Part shown: positions 33,055-40,802 of the stretch, in pieces
How positions within the stretch are numbered: the first letter of the stretch is position 1
Layout of the letters: each line of letters opens with the position of its first letter
NCBI GenBank assembly: GCA_964652415.1
Contig: CAZZDG010000002.1
Coordinates: 1-40,802, forward strand
DNA length: 40,802 bases
Source of the DNA: an uncultured Pseudomonadales bacterium
GTDB lineage: Bacteria > Patescibacteriota > Microgenomatia > UBA1400 > PJMF01
Direction: 5' to 3'
Translations under genes and position numbers: made by a program
Notes under the pieces: model-generated
What the model saw: only the letters and a program-made list of their open reading frames with translations
Database searches by the model: none
What the model was told of the DNA's origin: nothing

Positions 33055-33070
33055 AGAAACTCATACTAGC

Positions 33071-33117
33071 ATATTGCACCCTCAAAACGAAACGTTGTTT
33101 AATTGAGGGTGCAATAT
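33071..33117. repeat. Perfect 15-bp inverted repeat (ATATTGCACCCTCAA-N17-TTGAGGGTGCAATAT) in the uvrD-tpiA divergent intergenic region
   Basis: Read directly from the sequence. The 17-nt centre is itself partly palindromic (AACG-aaa-CGTT). No U-tract lies on either side. Confidence 0.9.
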
Positions 33118-33130
33118 TCAGCAATTTTAG

Positions 33131-33139
33131 TGATATAGT
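33131..33139 (+). promoter_or_regulatory. Candidate extended -10 (TGaTATAGT) 11 nt upstream of the tpiA ATG
   Basis: TG is at 33131-33132 and TATAGT at 33134-33139. There is no SD between it and the ATG. Confidence 0.4.
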
Positions 33140-33150
33140 TAGATTAAATT

Positions 33151-33843
33151 ATGAAAAAATTACTCTTAGCAAATTTTAAATCAAATAAATCTGTAGAAGA
33201 ATCAAATGAATGGTTGGATAAATTAGTGAAAACTGTAGATTGGAACGCATTGGGGAATTTTGAAGTTGGAGTTGCCCCAGCGTTTCCCTCAATTGAAGAA
33301 TTCTCACATAAAATTAAGGAGGCTCGTGTACCTTTAAAGCTAACGACACAAGATTTGAGTGCTTATCCTGCTGGCAGTTATACTGGAGCAGTTTCAGCGC
33401 TCAATTTGGCAGATTTACGTGTTAAGTATGCAATTATTGGTCACTCAGAAAGAAGAAGATATTTTGAAGAGACCTCTCAACTAGTAGCAAAAAAAATTGC
33501 ACAAGCATTAGATAACAATATTATTCCTCTAGTTTGCATAGATGAGCCCTATTTAGAAGAACAAATCTCACTTTTAGATAGTGAGGTTCTTTCAAAATGC
33601 GTGTATGTGTATGAACCGCTTGCTGCAATTGGAACCGGTGATACTGTGAGTGTTGGCAAAGTTACAGAGATTTTTAAAAAAATTCATGATTTATGCGGGG
33701 ATGTTCAATGCATGTATGGCGGTAGTGTTACTGACCAAAATGTTTCTGAATATCTGCTTGTAGCTCAGGGAGTTTTAGTTGGTTCTTTTTCTTTAAAGGC
33801 TACTGATTTTGCAAAGCTCATTGCTGCTGCCACAGTTGTCTAA
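33151..33843 (+). CDS. tpiA: Triosephosphate isomerase (short, 230 aa)
   Basis: ANFKSN (the catalytic Lys region), IIGHSERR (His) and YEPLAAIGTG (Glu). Confidence 0.88.
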   Translation: MKKLLLANFKSNKSVEESNEWLDKLVKTVDWNALGNFEVGVAPAFPSIEEFSHKIKEARVPLKLTTQDLSAYPAGSYTGAVSALNLADLRVKYAIIGHSERRRYFEETSQLVAKKIAQALDNNIIPLVCIDEPYLEEQISLLDSEVLSKCVYVYEPLAAIGTGDTVSVGKVTEIFKKIHDLCGDVQCMYGGSVTDQNVSEYLLVAQGVLVGSFSLKATDFAKLIAAATVV

Positions 33844-35497
33844 CATCGTAGACAATAGTGTCTTCATTTTGAAATGCAATTGGAAATTGTTGTAAATACT
33901 GGGCATTGATAGTGAGTGTAGACTTTTCTTTTTGTCCAACAAAAATATAACTAATTCTATTCTCAATGATAATTTTGTTGGCTTCTGGTCTACCGCTAAA
34001 CACTGCAATCAGTTCTTTTTCTCTATCAGTGTGATCAAATCCAAAATTTCGCACCCAACCTAGGTACCCTAAAAAGATTGGTCGATTTGCCCATAAAGGA
34101 ATTGGATGATTGTGTGTGGTACTGGTTAAAAATACGGCATCGGTTACAGTGTTACTTACAATTTTTTGCGCTAAGAGTATTTCTGAGCTTGAAGAAAGCA
34201 TATGAGTGTTGGAAGAAAAGTTTACTATCCTTAATAATTCAACCATTCCCGTGGTGCTTAAAGTAATAATTAAAATAATACTAGCTAACTTTTGTGTAAT
34301 TGAGTTTCTCCAAAGATGTGCAAGGAGTTTTGCGACTAGAATTGATAGCCCTAAGTAGACCCATGCAAATAGTTTTGTGTTATCCCATGCTGTTGGTTGA
34401 AAGATAATTATATTCGTCAAAATGAAGACCAAAAAAAAACCCAGAAAAGTAGCAGTTTGTTTTTTGATTGTTAGTTTTTTTCTGAATAAGATAAATGAAA
34501 AAAGTGCACCGGGCAAAAATGTTCCCCATAGTTGCAACCACATTTTCTGCCACGAAAATAGATCTTGAAAAAAGTTTCCTGTTTTTGGAACAGTCCAACC
34601 TACTGATATTCTCATGAAGTTAGGAATTTCTATTCCTCCATAAATAAAAGTAAAGTATAGTGTTGCTGAAATAAGTGCTGCGGGCAATACGAAGTATGGC
34701 AATATTTTTCGAAATTTCTCCCAGTTAAATACACAAATTATCCCGGTAACGATTGTGATAACTATGAAACTGTGCATGTGAGCAATTGGCAAAATTCCGG
34801 CTAAGATACTCGAAAATAAAAGCAATTTATTGCTATCTTTTTTGCCATTGTTTAGTCCCCACAGTAATAAGTTCAGTACCCAGACACCTATTGTCACACC
34901 AATAAAAAATGCACGTTGTGGGATAAGCATTGCAGCTGGAATATTGCCAGCTAGCCAGTCAAATTCGGCAAATTTAGAGTAATCTTGTAGCGGGTGTAAT
35001 ATGTTTTCTAGTTTTAGTGATTCTATGTATCTAAAAATTCCCATTCCTGAAGAAGTAAAGAAAATAAAAATACCTAAGATCGATTCTTTTCGCGAATTGC
35101 TGAGATTAAAATATAATAAATATAATCCAGTTAAGAAGAAGAATAAAAGGAGTATTGAGACAATAAAAAATGCATCAGTGAATGAAAATCCAATTCTCAT
35201 AAATACTGCTGTTATGAGATGAACTAAAAAACCATACGTCAGTTTGCCATAGGCAAAAAACGGATGGTACAAAAACCATTCCGAAATAGGTTTTGTAGCG
35301 AAAATATTTGTAATGCTGATGTGCACAACCCAATCACTCCAAGAATTAGGTTGGCCAATGTATACTCCATCAGGTCTAATGAGTAGAATTTTTGAAAAAA
35401 TAAAGGTAAAAAATCCCCCAAAAACCACTAGCACAATTTTTAATGCTGGTTTGTGAAATGCGAGATTCTTACTGAACCAACTGCGCATATTGTCCAC
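33818..35497 (-). CDS. Polytopic membrane protein, putative GT-C-type glycosyltransferase
   Basis: 559 aa with about 12 TM helices followed by a ~130-aa soluble C-terminus. The assignment rests on architecture only. It overlaps the upstream lipoprotein gene by about 20-29 nt. Confidence 0.35.
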   Translation of the reverse strand: MDNMRSWFSKNLAFHKPALKIVLVVFGGFFTFIFSKILLIRPDGVYIGQPNSWSDWVVHISITNIFATKPISEWFLYHPFFAYGKLTYGFLVHLITAVFMRIGFSFTDAFFIVSILLLFFFLTGLYLLYFNLSNSRKESILGIFIFFTSSGMGIFRYIESLKLENILHPLQDYSKFAEFDWLAGNIPAAMLIPQRAFFIGVTIGVWVLNLLLWGLNNGKKDSNKLLLFSSILAGILPIAHMHSFIVITIVTGIICVFNWEKFRKILPYFVLPAALISATLYFTFIYGGIEIPNFMRISVGWTVPKTGNFFQDLFSWQKMWLQLWGTFLPGALFSFILFRKKLTIKKQTATFLGFFLVFILTNIIIFQPTAWDNTKLFAWVYLGLSILVAKLLAHLWRNSITQKLASIILIITLSTTGMVELLRIVNFSSNTHMLSSSSEILLAQKIVSNTVTDAVFLTSTTHNHPIPLWANRPIFLGYLGWVRNFGFDHTDREKELIAVFSGRPEANKIIIENRISYIFVGQKEKSTLTINAQYLQQFPIAFQNEDTIVYDVRQLWQQQ

Positions 35498-36368
35498 TAA
35501 CCCATCCAGATTTTTCGTCTAATAGTATGTTGTGCCAATTGTTTTCAGTTTTTCCTAAGTATTGGTATAGATTACCAACAGTTGCAAATCCAACTTCTTT
35601 TCCGTTTGGACTTGGAAGGTCGCGGGTACGTAACACTTCTTTTTCCGCAACAAAAAAGTTTGTTGGTTTGATGAGTACTTGTTTTGCAGAGTCAGATGCG
35701 GCAGGTGACGCAAGAGGGTTTATAGCTGGTGGCGTTTGTGTTGCAGATTCACTTGCAGGTTCTGCTACAACATTTTCTATGACGACATTTTTTTCATTCA
35801 GGTTTTCTTTTGCGAGTTTTACTGTAATAACCATTCTATGTCCTGGTATAGCGTTTATGGTGTGTTTTTGAACTCCATATGAGGGAAGAGTGACTTCGAA
35901 TTCTACATGTCCTGGAGTAATATCTGGAATGATAATTGGTGCAAACATTTTTTCTTTACCAGCAACAGTGACTATTGCGCCATCTGGAATGGTAACAAAT
36001 GAAATTTCAGATTTATGTTTGGTGTTGATAGGTTCCATTTCGTACATGACGCCCCCACTAAATTCTGGTCTTTCTGCTAGCTTCCATGTGACAACAGTTA
36101 AAAGTCCAGGTCTCAAAGTGATTTTTGTTTCATATGGGATTAATTTTGGATCATCTGGTTGAATTTTGAGAGTATATTCCCCAGGACTGAGCTCACGATT
36201 TATGAAAGGAGTTTTTTCAACGTAGTTTTCGTTGAGGTAGACAGCTGCAGCTACACCATCAGTGATTTGAATTTGCAAACCAGATTTTGCCTTTTTTGCC
36301 AAAGGGTTGCAAGCACTTAAAAGTAAGCTAGAAGTAACTAGGATTATAAGTAAGAACAAGCGCTTCAT
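35469..36368 (-). CDS. Lipoprotein with PEGA-like repeats and a C-terminal bacterial SH3 domain
   Basis: Signal peptide plus lipobox LLLSAC. There are two PEGA-like beta modules (YTLKIQPD, GAIVTVAGKE). The C-terminus LRTRDLPS..G..VG....G.....L........W..I......GWVSGQY is SH3_3-like. Confidence 0.55.
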   Translation of the reverse strand: MKRLFLLIILVTSSLLLSACNPLAKKAKSGLQIQITDGVAAAVYLNENYVEKTPFINRELSPGEYTLKIQPDDPKLIPYETKITLRPGLLTVVTWKLAERPEFSGGVMYEMEPINTKHKSEISFVTIPDGAIVTVAGKEKMFAPIIIPDITPGHVEFEVTLPSYGVQKHTINAIPGHRMVITVKLAKENLNEKNVVIENVVAEPASESATQTPPAINPLASPAASDSAKQVLIKPTNFFVAEKEVLRTRDLPSPNGKEVGFATVGNLYQYLGKTENNWHNILLDEKSGWVSGQYAQLVQ

Positions 36369-36404
36369 ACTAGTAGTGTAGCATAGTCTTGTCTGTGAGT
36401 AAGC

Positions 36405-38858
36405 TTATTGTTTGAGCGGTTTTGGTTTTTGTGTGAGTGCAATTTCAAGTACCTGTGAAACATGTGCAACTGGAATGAAAGTAATATCTTTTTTTACTAT
36501 CTCTGGAAGTTTCTCAATGTCCCTCTCATTATCTTGTGGAATCAGTACTGTTTTACTTCCTGCCATGTGGGCAGCAATGCTTTTTTCTTTGAGGCCGCCA
36601 ATACGTAACACTCTTCCTCTTAAGGTGACTTCGCCTGTCATAGCAATATCTTTTTTCACTGGAATATTTGTGAACGCAGAAACAATTGCAGTTGTCATAG
36701 TAACGCCAGCAGATGGACCATCTTTTGGTACGGCGCCTTCCGGAACGTGAACGTGAACGTCAGTCTCTTTGAGTTTTTTTGCCGAAATACCAAGTTGTTC
36801 ATGGTTTGCTTTGACGTAAGTATATGCAGCTTGAGCTGATTCTTTCATTACATCACCAAGTTTTCCCGTAAGTTGGATAGTTCCTTTTCCAGGAGTAAGG
36901 GCAACTTCAATAAATAAGACTTCGCCTCCTACAGATGTCCATGCAAGACCAGTAGCTTGACCAACGATATCTGATTTTTCAGTTGATTCTATATCAAATT
37001 TTTCTGGTCCGAGATATTCACGAACAATTTTCTGGGTAACTGCAACAGATTTTGTCTTTGAATGAGAAATAATCTCTTTTGCTGCTTTTCTCATGATGCT
37101 ACTGAGTGTTCTTTCGAGGGAGCGAACGCCAGCCTCACGGGTGTAGCGGTGAATAAGGGTGTTGATTGCTTCATCCGTAATACTAATTTGTTTTTTTGAT
37201 AATCCATTAGCTTTTAAGACCTTGTCAAACAAGTAGTCTTTGCCAATATGGAATTTTTCTTCCCAGGTATAGCCAGAGTATCTAATAATCTCTAAACGAT
37301 CTCGTAATGCGGGTGGGATTGTATCCATGGTGTTTGCAGTAGTAATGAAGATAACTTGTGATAGATCAAATGGCATATCTAGGTAGTGGTCTTCAAATCC
37401 AGAATTTTGCTCAGGATCTAAAGCTTCTAGTAGTGCAGCGGAAGGATCCCCTTTGTAGTCAGAGCCAATTTTATCAATTTCATCAAGCATAAACACTGGG
37501 TTCATAGTTTTTGCTTGTTTCATACCATTGATGATTTTCCCTGGCATGGCGCCAACATATGTGCGTCTATGACCACGAATCTCTGATTCGTCCTTGATAC
37601 CTCCCAATGAAACTTTGATGAATTTTCTGCCCAAAGATTGTGCGATTGATTTACCAATACTTGTTTTACCAACACCTGGAGGTCCAACAAAGCATAGTAT
37701 GGTTGGCAAACTCTGGTCTTCTTTTTTGTTATTTTTTTGTTTTAGTGTTAGAACAGCAATGTATTCCAAAATTCTGTCTTTGACTTCTTCTAGGCCAAAA
37801 TGATTATCGTCTAGGATTTTTTGTGCTTTTTCAATTTCTAAAACTGCTTTTGAGTATTTATTCCAGGGAAGTTCAAAAACTGTATCTAACCAACTTCTTA
37901 CATATCCGGATTCTGGATTGTTTTGAGACATGGTGCGTAGGCGCTTAATCTCTTTCTTCACCTTAGCTTTGAGGTCTGGAACCAACTTAAGTTTTCCTAT
38001 TTTTAATTGGTATTCATCTGCTGCTTCTTCTTCGTCATCAATATCGCCCAACTCTTTTTGAATAGTTTTTAAGCGTTCGCGTAAGATACTTTCACGCATA
38101 TGCTTGTCAAATTTTTCTTGGGTTTTGTGGACCACATCTTTTTCAATTTCAAGCACTTTTATTTCATGTGCTAAGTGTGATAAGACTTTTTTCAAGCGTT
38201 GTGTAACATCTAAAGTTTCGAGTAGTTCTTGTTTCTCTTCAGTTTTTATTGTGAGAGTGCTTGCAATTTGATCAACCAGTTCGCCGTTGGTAACTCCTCC
38301 CATAAGTTTCATGAAGCTCAAAAATTCAACAGGTTTTCCCATGTGTACAGCTTTTCTGAATTCTGCCTGTAAATGAGTAACGAGTGCTTTGTTTTCCTCA
38401 GCACTCTCTTCTACTTCAGTGAGTTTTTCAACTTCTACAACTAACTTTGGAGAAGTTGAAACGAAACGAATAATTTTGACTCTTCCAATACCTTTTACAA
38501 GTGCATTGATATTGTCATCACTTTCAAGTTTTTTTTCTACAATAGCAAGAGTTCCAATTTCATATAAATCTTTTTCTTCTGGAAGATTTATTTGTGGATC
38601 TTTTTGAGAGATTAACACGACGGTTTTTTTGCTGGTCCCTAAGTTCTTAACTGCGTTGAGAGAAAGTTGCCTACCGAAGGAAAGTACAGACTCGGTGCTT
38701 GGGAAAAGCAACCCCTCACGAATTGGGATACCATCAAGTACCAGCGTCTTTGATTTATCAGGATCTGTTTGAGTTTCTGCCTGTTTTTCAGTCTGGTCTG
38801 TTTTCTCTATATCTATATTTTTTTCTGTTTGTTTTGTTTCTTCGGTTTTATCTGTCAT
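36405..38858 (-). CDS. lon: ATP-dependent Lon protease
   Basis: LON N domain, Walker A GPPGVGKTS, Walker B FMLDEIDK, and a protease domain with PKDGPSAGV (catalytic Ser) and the downstream Lys region. Confidence 0.95.
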   Translation of the reverse strand: MTDKTEETKQTEKNIDIEKTDQTEKQAETQTDPDKSKTLVLDGIPIREGLLFPSTESVLSFGRQLSLNAVKNLGTSKKTVVLISQKDPQINLPEEKDLYEIGTLAIVEKKLESDDNINALVKGIGRVKIIRFVSTSPKLVVEVEKLTEVEESAEENKALVTHLQAEFRKAVHMGKPVEFLSFMKLMGGVTNGELVDQIASTLTIKTEEKQELLETLDVTQRLKKVLSHLAHEIKVLEIEKDVVHKTQEKFDKHMRESILRERLKTIQKELGDIDDEEEAADEYQLKIGKLKLVPDLKAKVKKEIKRLRTMSQNNPESGYVRSWLDTVFELPWNKYSKAVLEIEKAQKILDDNHFGLEEVKDRILEYIAVLTLKQKNNKKEDQSLPTILCFVGPPGVGKTSIGKSIAQSLGRKFIKVSLGGIKDESEIRGHRRTYVGAMPGKIINGMKQAKTMNPVFMLDEIDKIGSDYKGDPSAALLEALDPEQNSGFEDHYLDMPFDLSQVIFITTANTMDTIPPALRDRLEIIRYSGYTWEEKFHIGKDYLFDKVLKANGLSKKQISITDEAINTLIHRYTREAGVRSLERTLSSIMRKAAKEIISHSKTKSVAVTQKIVREYLGPEKFDIESTEKSDIVGQATGLAWTSVGGEVLFIEVALTPGKGTIQLTGKLGDVMKESAQAAYTYVKANHEQLGISAKKLKETDVHVHVPEGAVPKDGPSAGVTMTTAIVSAFTNIPVKKDIAMTGEVTLRGRVLRIGGLKEKSIAAHMAGSKTVLIPQDNERDIEKLPEIVKKDITFIPVAHVSQVLEIALTQKPKPLKQ

Positions 38859-38867
38859 ACGTTTAGC

Positions 38868-38896
38868 ATTCTATTGTTTTGATTGCTAAATTTCAA
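38868..38896 (-). promoter_or_regulatory. Candidate lon promoter (TTGAAA-17-TAGAAT) only 9 nt from the ATG
   Basis: On the minus strand, -35 is at 38891-38896 and -10 at 38868-38873. The ATG is at 38858. Confidence 0.5.
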
Positions 38897-38929
38897 GGGG
38901 GAAATCAATAATCGAACTAAAAATTAGGG

Positions 38930-39003
38930 TGGGTGTACATCGACTCGAACGATGGACCTCAGTCTTATCAGGACTGCGCTCTAACCAGCTGAGCTATACA
39001 CCC
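38930..39003 (-). tRNA. tRNA-Ile (anticodon GAT)
   Basis: Reverse complement: GGGTGTA-TA-GCTC-AGCTGGTTA-GAGC-G-CAGTC-CTGATAA-GACTG-AGGTC-CATCG-TTCGAGT-CGATG-TACACCC-A. No CCA is encoded. Confidence 0.9.
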
Positions 39004-39080
39004 ATGGTGTTATACAGTTTTTCATCTGCAACAGAAACATATTTTATCATATCAGTGGTAAAAATACACAAATAAAAAAT

Positions 39081-39623
39081 TTAGAGAGAAATGGAGATGT
39101 CTGACTGGGTTTCATCTAGCTTTACTTGAATGAGGCGTTTTTTTTCTGCGTTAGAGGTGCAGTCTCCTGATTCGTCACAGGTGCTTATTTCGCTATAAAA
39201 AACCTTTTTTTCTGCAGGTGGGAGCATTGCATAGATTTCGTATGTCCCTTGTGGAACTTCGAAGGTAAATTCATATATGAGTTTTTTTGCTTCGAAGACA
39301 AAATCAGTACAGCTTTCTTGTACTGTACGAACTTCTTTAGTGCAGACAATAACTACTTCAGTCTCGGTTGGGTTTGAAAGTGTTACAGAACCAGTTATTG
39401 TCCCAGTAGAGGTAGAAGCTCCTTGTACTTCGCCTGTATTGATTGTTGTTGCGGGAGTTGTTTGCTGATTCAGCTGTGTCTCTAAATTTGCAATTTGTTC
39501 CTGTTGCGATTCAATTTGAGATTCTAGAGTTCTTTTTTCAGTATCTGCTTTCCAGATATAAATGATAGAGGAAAAAACAATTACGAATACCAGTGTTAAG
39601 AAACTACCAGTTATTTTTGACAT
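39081..39623 (-). CDS. Hypothetical membrane-anchored protein (TM, coiled coil, Thr-rich linker, 4-Cys beta domain)
   Basis: 180 aa. N-terminal TM FLTLVFVIVFSSIIYIW, coiled coil QIESQQEQIANLETQLNQ, and a C-terminal domain with 4 Cys. I recognise no family. Confidence 0.55.
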   Translation of the reverse strand: MSKITGSFLTLVFVIVFSSIIYIWKADTEKRTLESQIESQQEQIANLETQLNQQTTPATTINTGEVQGASTSTGTITGSVTLSNPTETEVVIVCTKEVRTVQESCTDFVFEAKKLIYEFTFEVPQGTYEIYAMLPPAEKKVFYSEISTCDESGDCTSNAEKKRLIQVKLDETQSDISISL

Positions 39624-39684
39624 ACTAAAATCTAGTATAGCACTGTTTTTAGAAGTTGGGAAATAAATGTATATTGCTGCTAGT

Positions 39685-39945
39685 CTATGCCAGGGTAAAC
39701 GATTGGCGAATTGATTTTGAAACCCTTAGCCTTGGGTTGAACATTGTATCTAATGTGGCGAACAGAGCTCCAATATGGGTTTCAAGGTTTGAAGTGACTG
39801 CAATTTCTGTTTTGTATTCTTCTTGGAGTAATTCTAACAAGGCAAAAAATCCCATTGCTTCTAAAAGACTTTTTATTTCTAAGATATTTTTGTATTCTGT
39901 GACTTTTAGCAGCAATGCTTCAAGTTTTTCAGTGTTAGTTGACAT
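39685..39945 (-). CDS. Hypothetical small helical protein
   Basis: 86-aa ORF preceded by an extended -10 element. I recognise no motif. Confidence 0.4.
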   Translation of the reverse strand: MSTNTEKLEALLLKVTEYKNILEIKSLLEAMGFFALLELLQEEYKTEIAVTSNLETHIGALFATLDTMFNPRLRVSKSIRQSFTLA

Positions 39946-39967
39946 ATATTGATATATTTAGATTGCA

Positions 39968-39976
39968 ATTATATCA
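39968..39976 (-). promoter_or_regulatory. Candidate extended -10 (TGaTATAAT) for the 86-aa ORF
   Basis: On the minus strand, TATAAT is at 39968-39973 with TG at 39975-39976. It lies directly after the 16S terminator. Confidence 0.45.
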
Positions 39977-39980
39977 TTTA

Positions 39981-40011
39981 AAAACAAAAAAACCACCGAG
40001 TTATGGTGGTT
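39981..40011 (-). terminator. Intrinsic terminator about 170 nt downstream of the 16S 3' end
   Basis: Minus-sense sequence is AACCACC-ataactc-GGTGGTT followed by TTTTTGTTTTT. Confidence 0.75.
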
Positions 40012-40178
40012 TCTAATATGAGTTAAACATTTTTAGTTAAGAGAAAGACAAATTCTGGTGCAAACATGGTGATAGAGCCGACCTGGATATGGTGGTCTCA
40101 GGATTTTTGTTAGGTAATTCGTTTCGTATTGCTACAAAACGGGAATGGGAGGTCGTGATACTCCTACCCATCTCCTTA

Positions 40179-40802
<624 letters not shown>

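Noticed and set aside
36743-36760. A tandem GAACGT x3 repeat.
   Set aside because: It lies in frame inside lon and encodes HVHVHV. It is a short coding microrepeat, not a regulatory or CRISPR-like element.

Overview
This is an AT-rich bacterial chromosome segment. My hand-counted 60-nt samples gave about 28-42% G+C outside the rRNA and one island. Coding is dense and mostly housekeeping.

Gene content:
- Translation: tyrS, pheS-pheT, infC-rpmI-rplT, trigger factor, miaB-miaA, tRNA-Val/Cys/Ile, RNase P RNA, and the 3' ~620 nt of a 16S rRNA.
- Central metabolism: gap, tpiA, pyrH.
- Quality control and DNA: lon, comM/yifB, uvrD/pcrA.
- Envelope: class A PBP, FemX-like transferase, sortase, O-antigen-ligase-like protein, and three large GT-C-type membrane proteins.

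Several features fit a reduced-genome Patescibacteria/CPR-like organism with a Gram-positive-type wall; that placement is inference. They are domain-trimmed core proteins (PheT without the OB domain, MiaB without TRAM, trigger factor without PPIase), a 16S with its own terminator and no 23S downstream, and no CCA encoded in any tRNA. The standard genetic code fits.

I found no CRISPR array, transposase, integrase or phage genes.

The accessory-looking stretch is about 9.5-12.3 kb, and it holds my best candidates for something new:
- An abrupt single-gene high-GC island encoding a Cys-rich lipoprotein of unknown family.
- A consensus promoter followed by about 400 nt of ORF-poor, hairpin-rich leader or ncRNA upstream of that gene.
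- A sortase preceded by a 77-aa mini-substrate candidate that has its own consensus promoter and an attenuating terminator.

Other observations:
- A perfect 10+10 bp palindrome sits in the promoter of a low-complexity hypothetical gene, and its 10-mer recurs in two other strong promoters.
- A perfect 15-bp inverted repeat lies between uvrD and tpiA.
- Several -10 boxes lie 6-11 nt from start codons, which suggests leaderless mRNAs.
- Two protein genes sit between the 16S and tRNA-Ile(GAU).

All family assignments come from motif recognition by eye. No database search was run.
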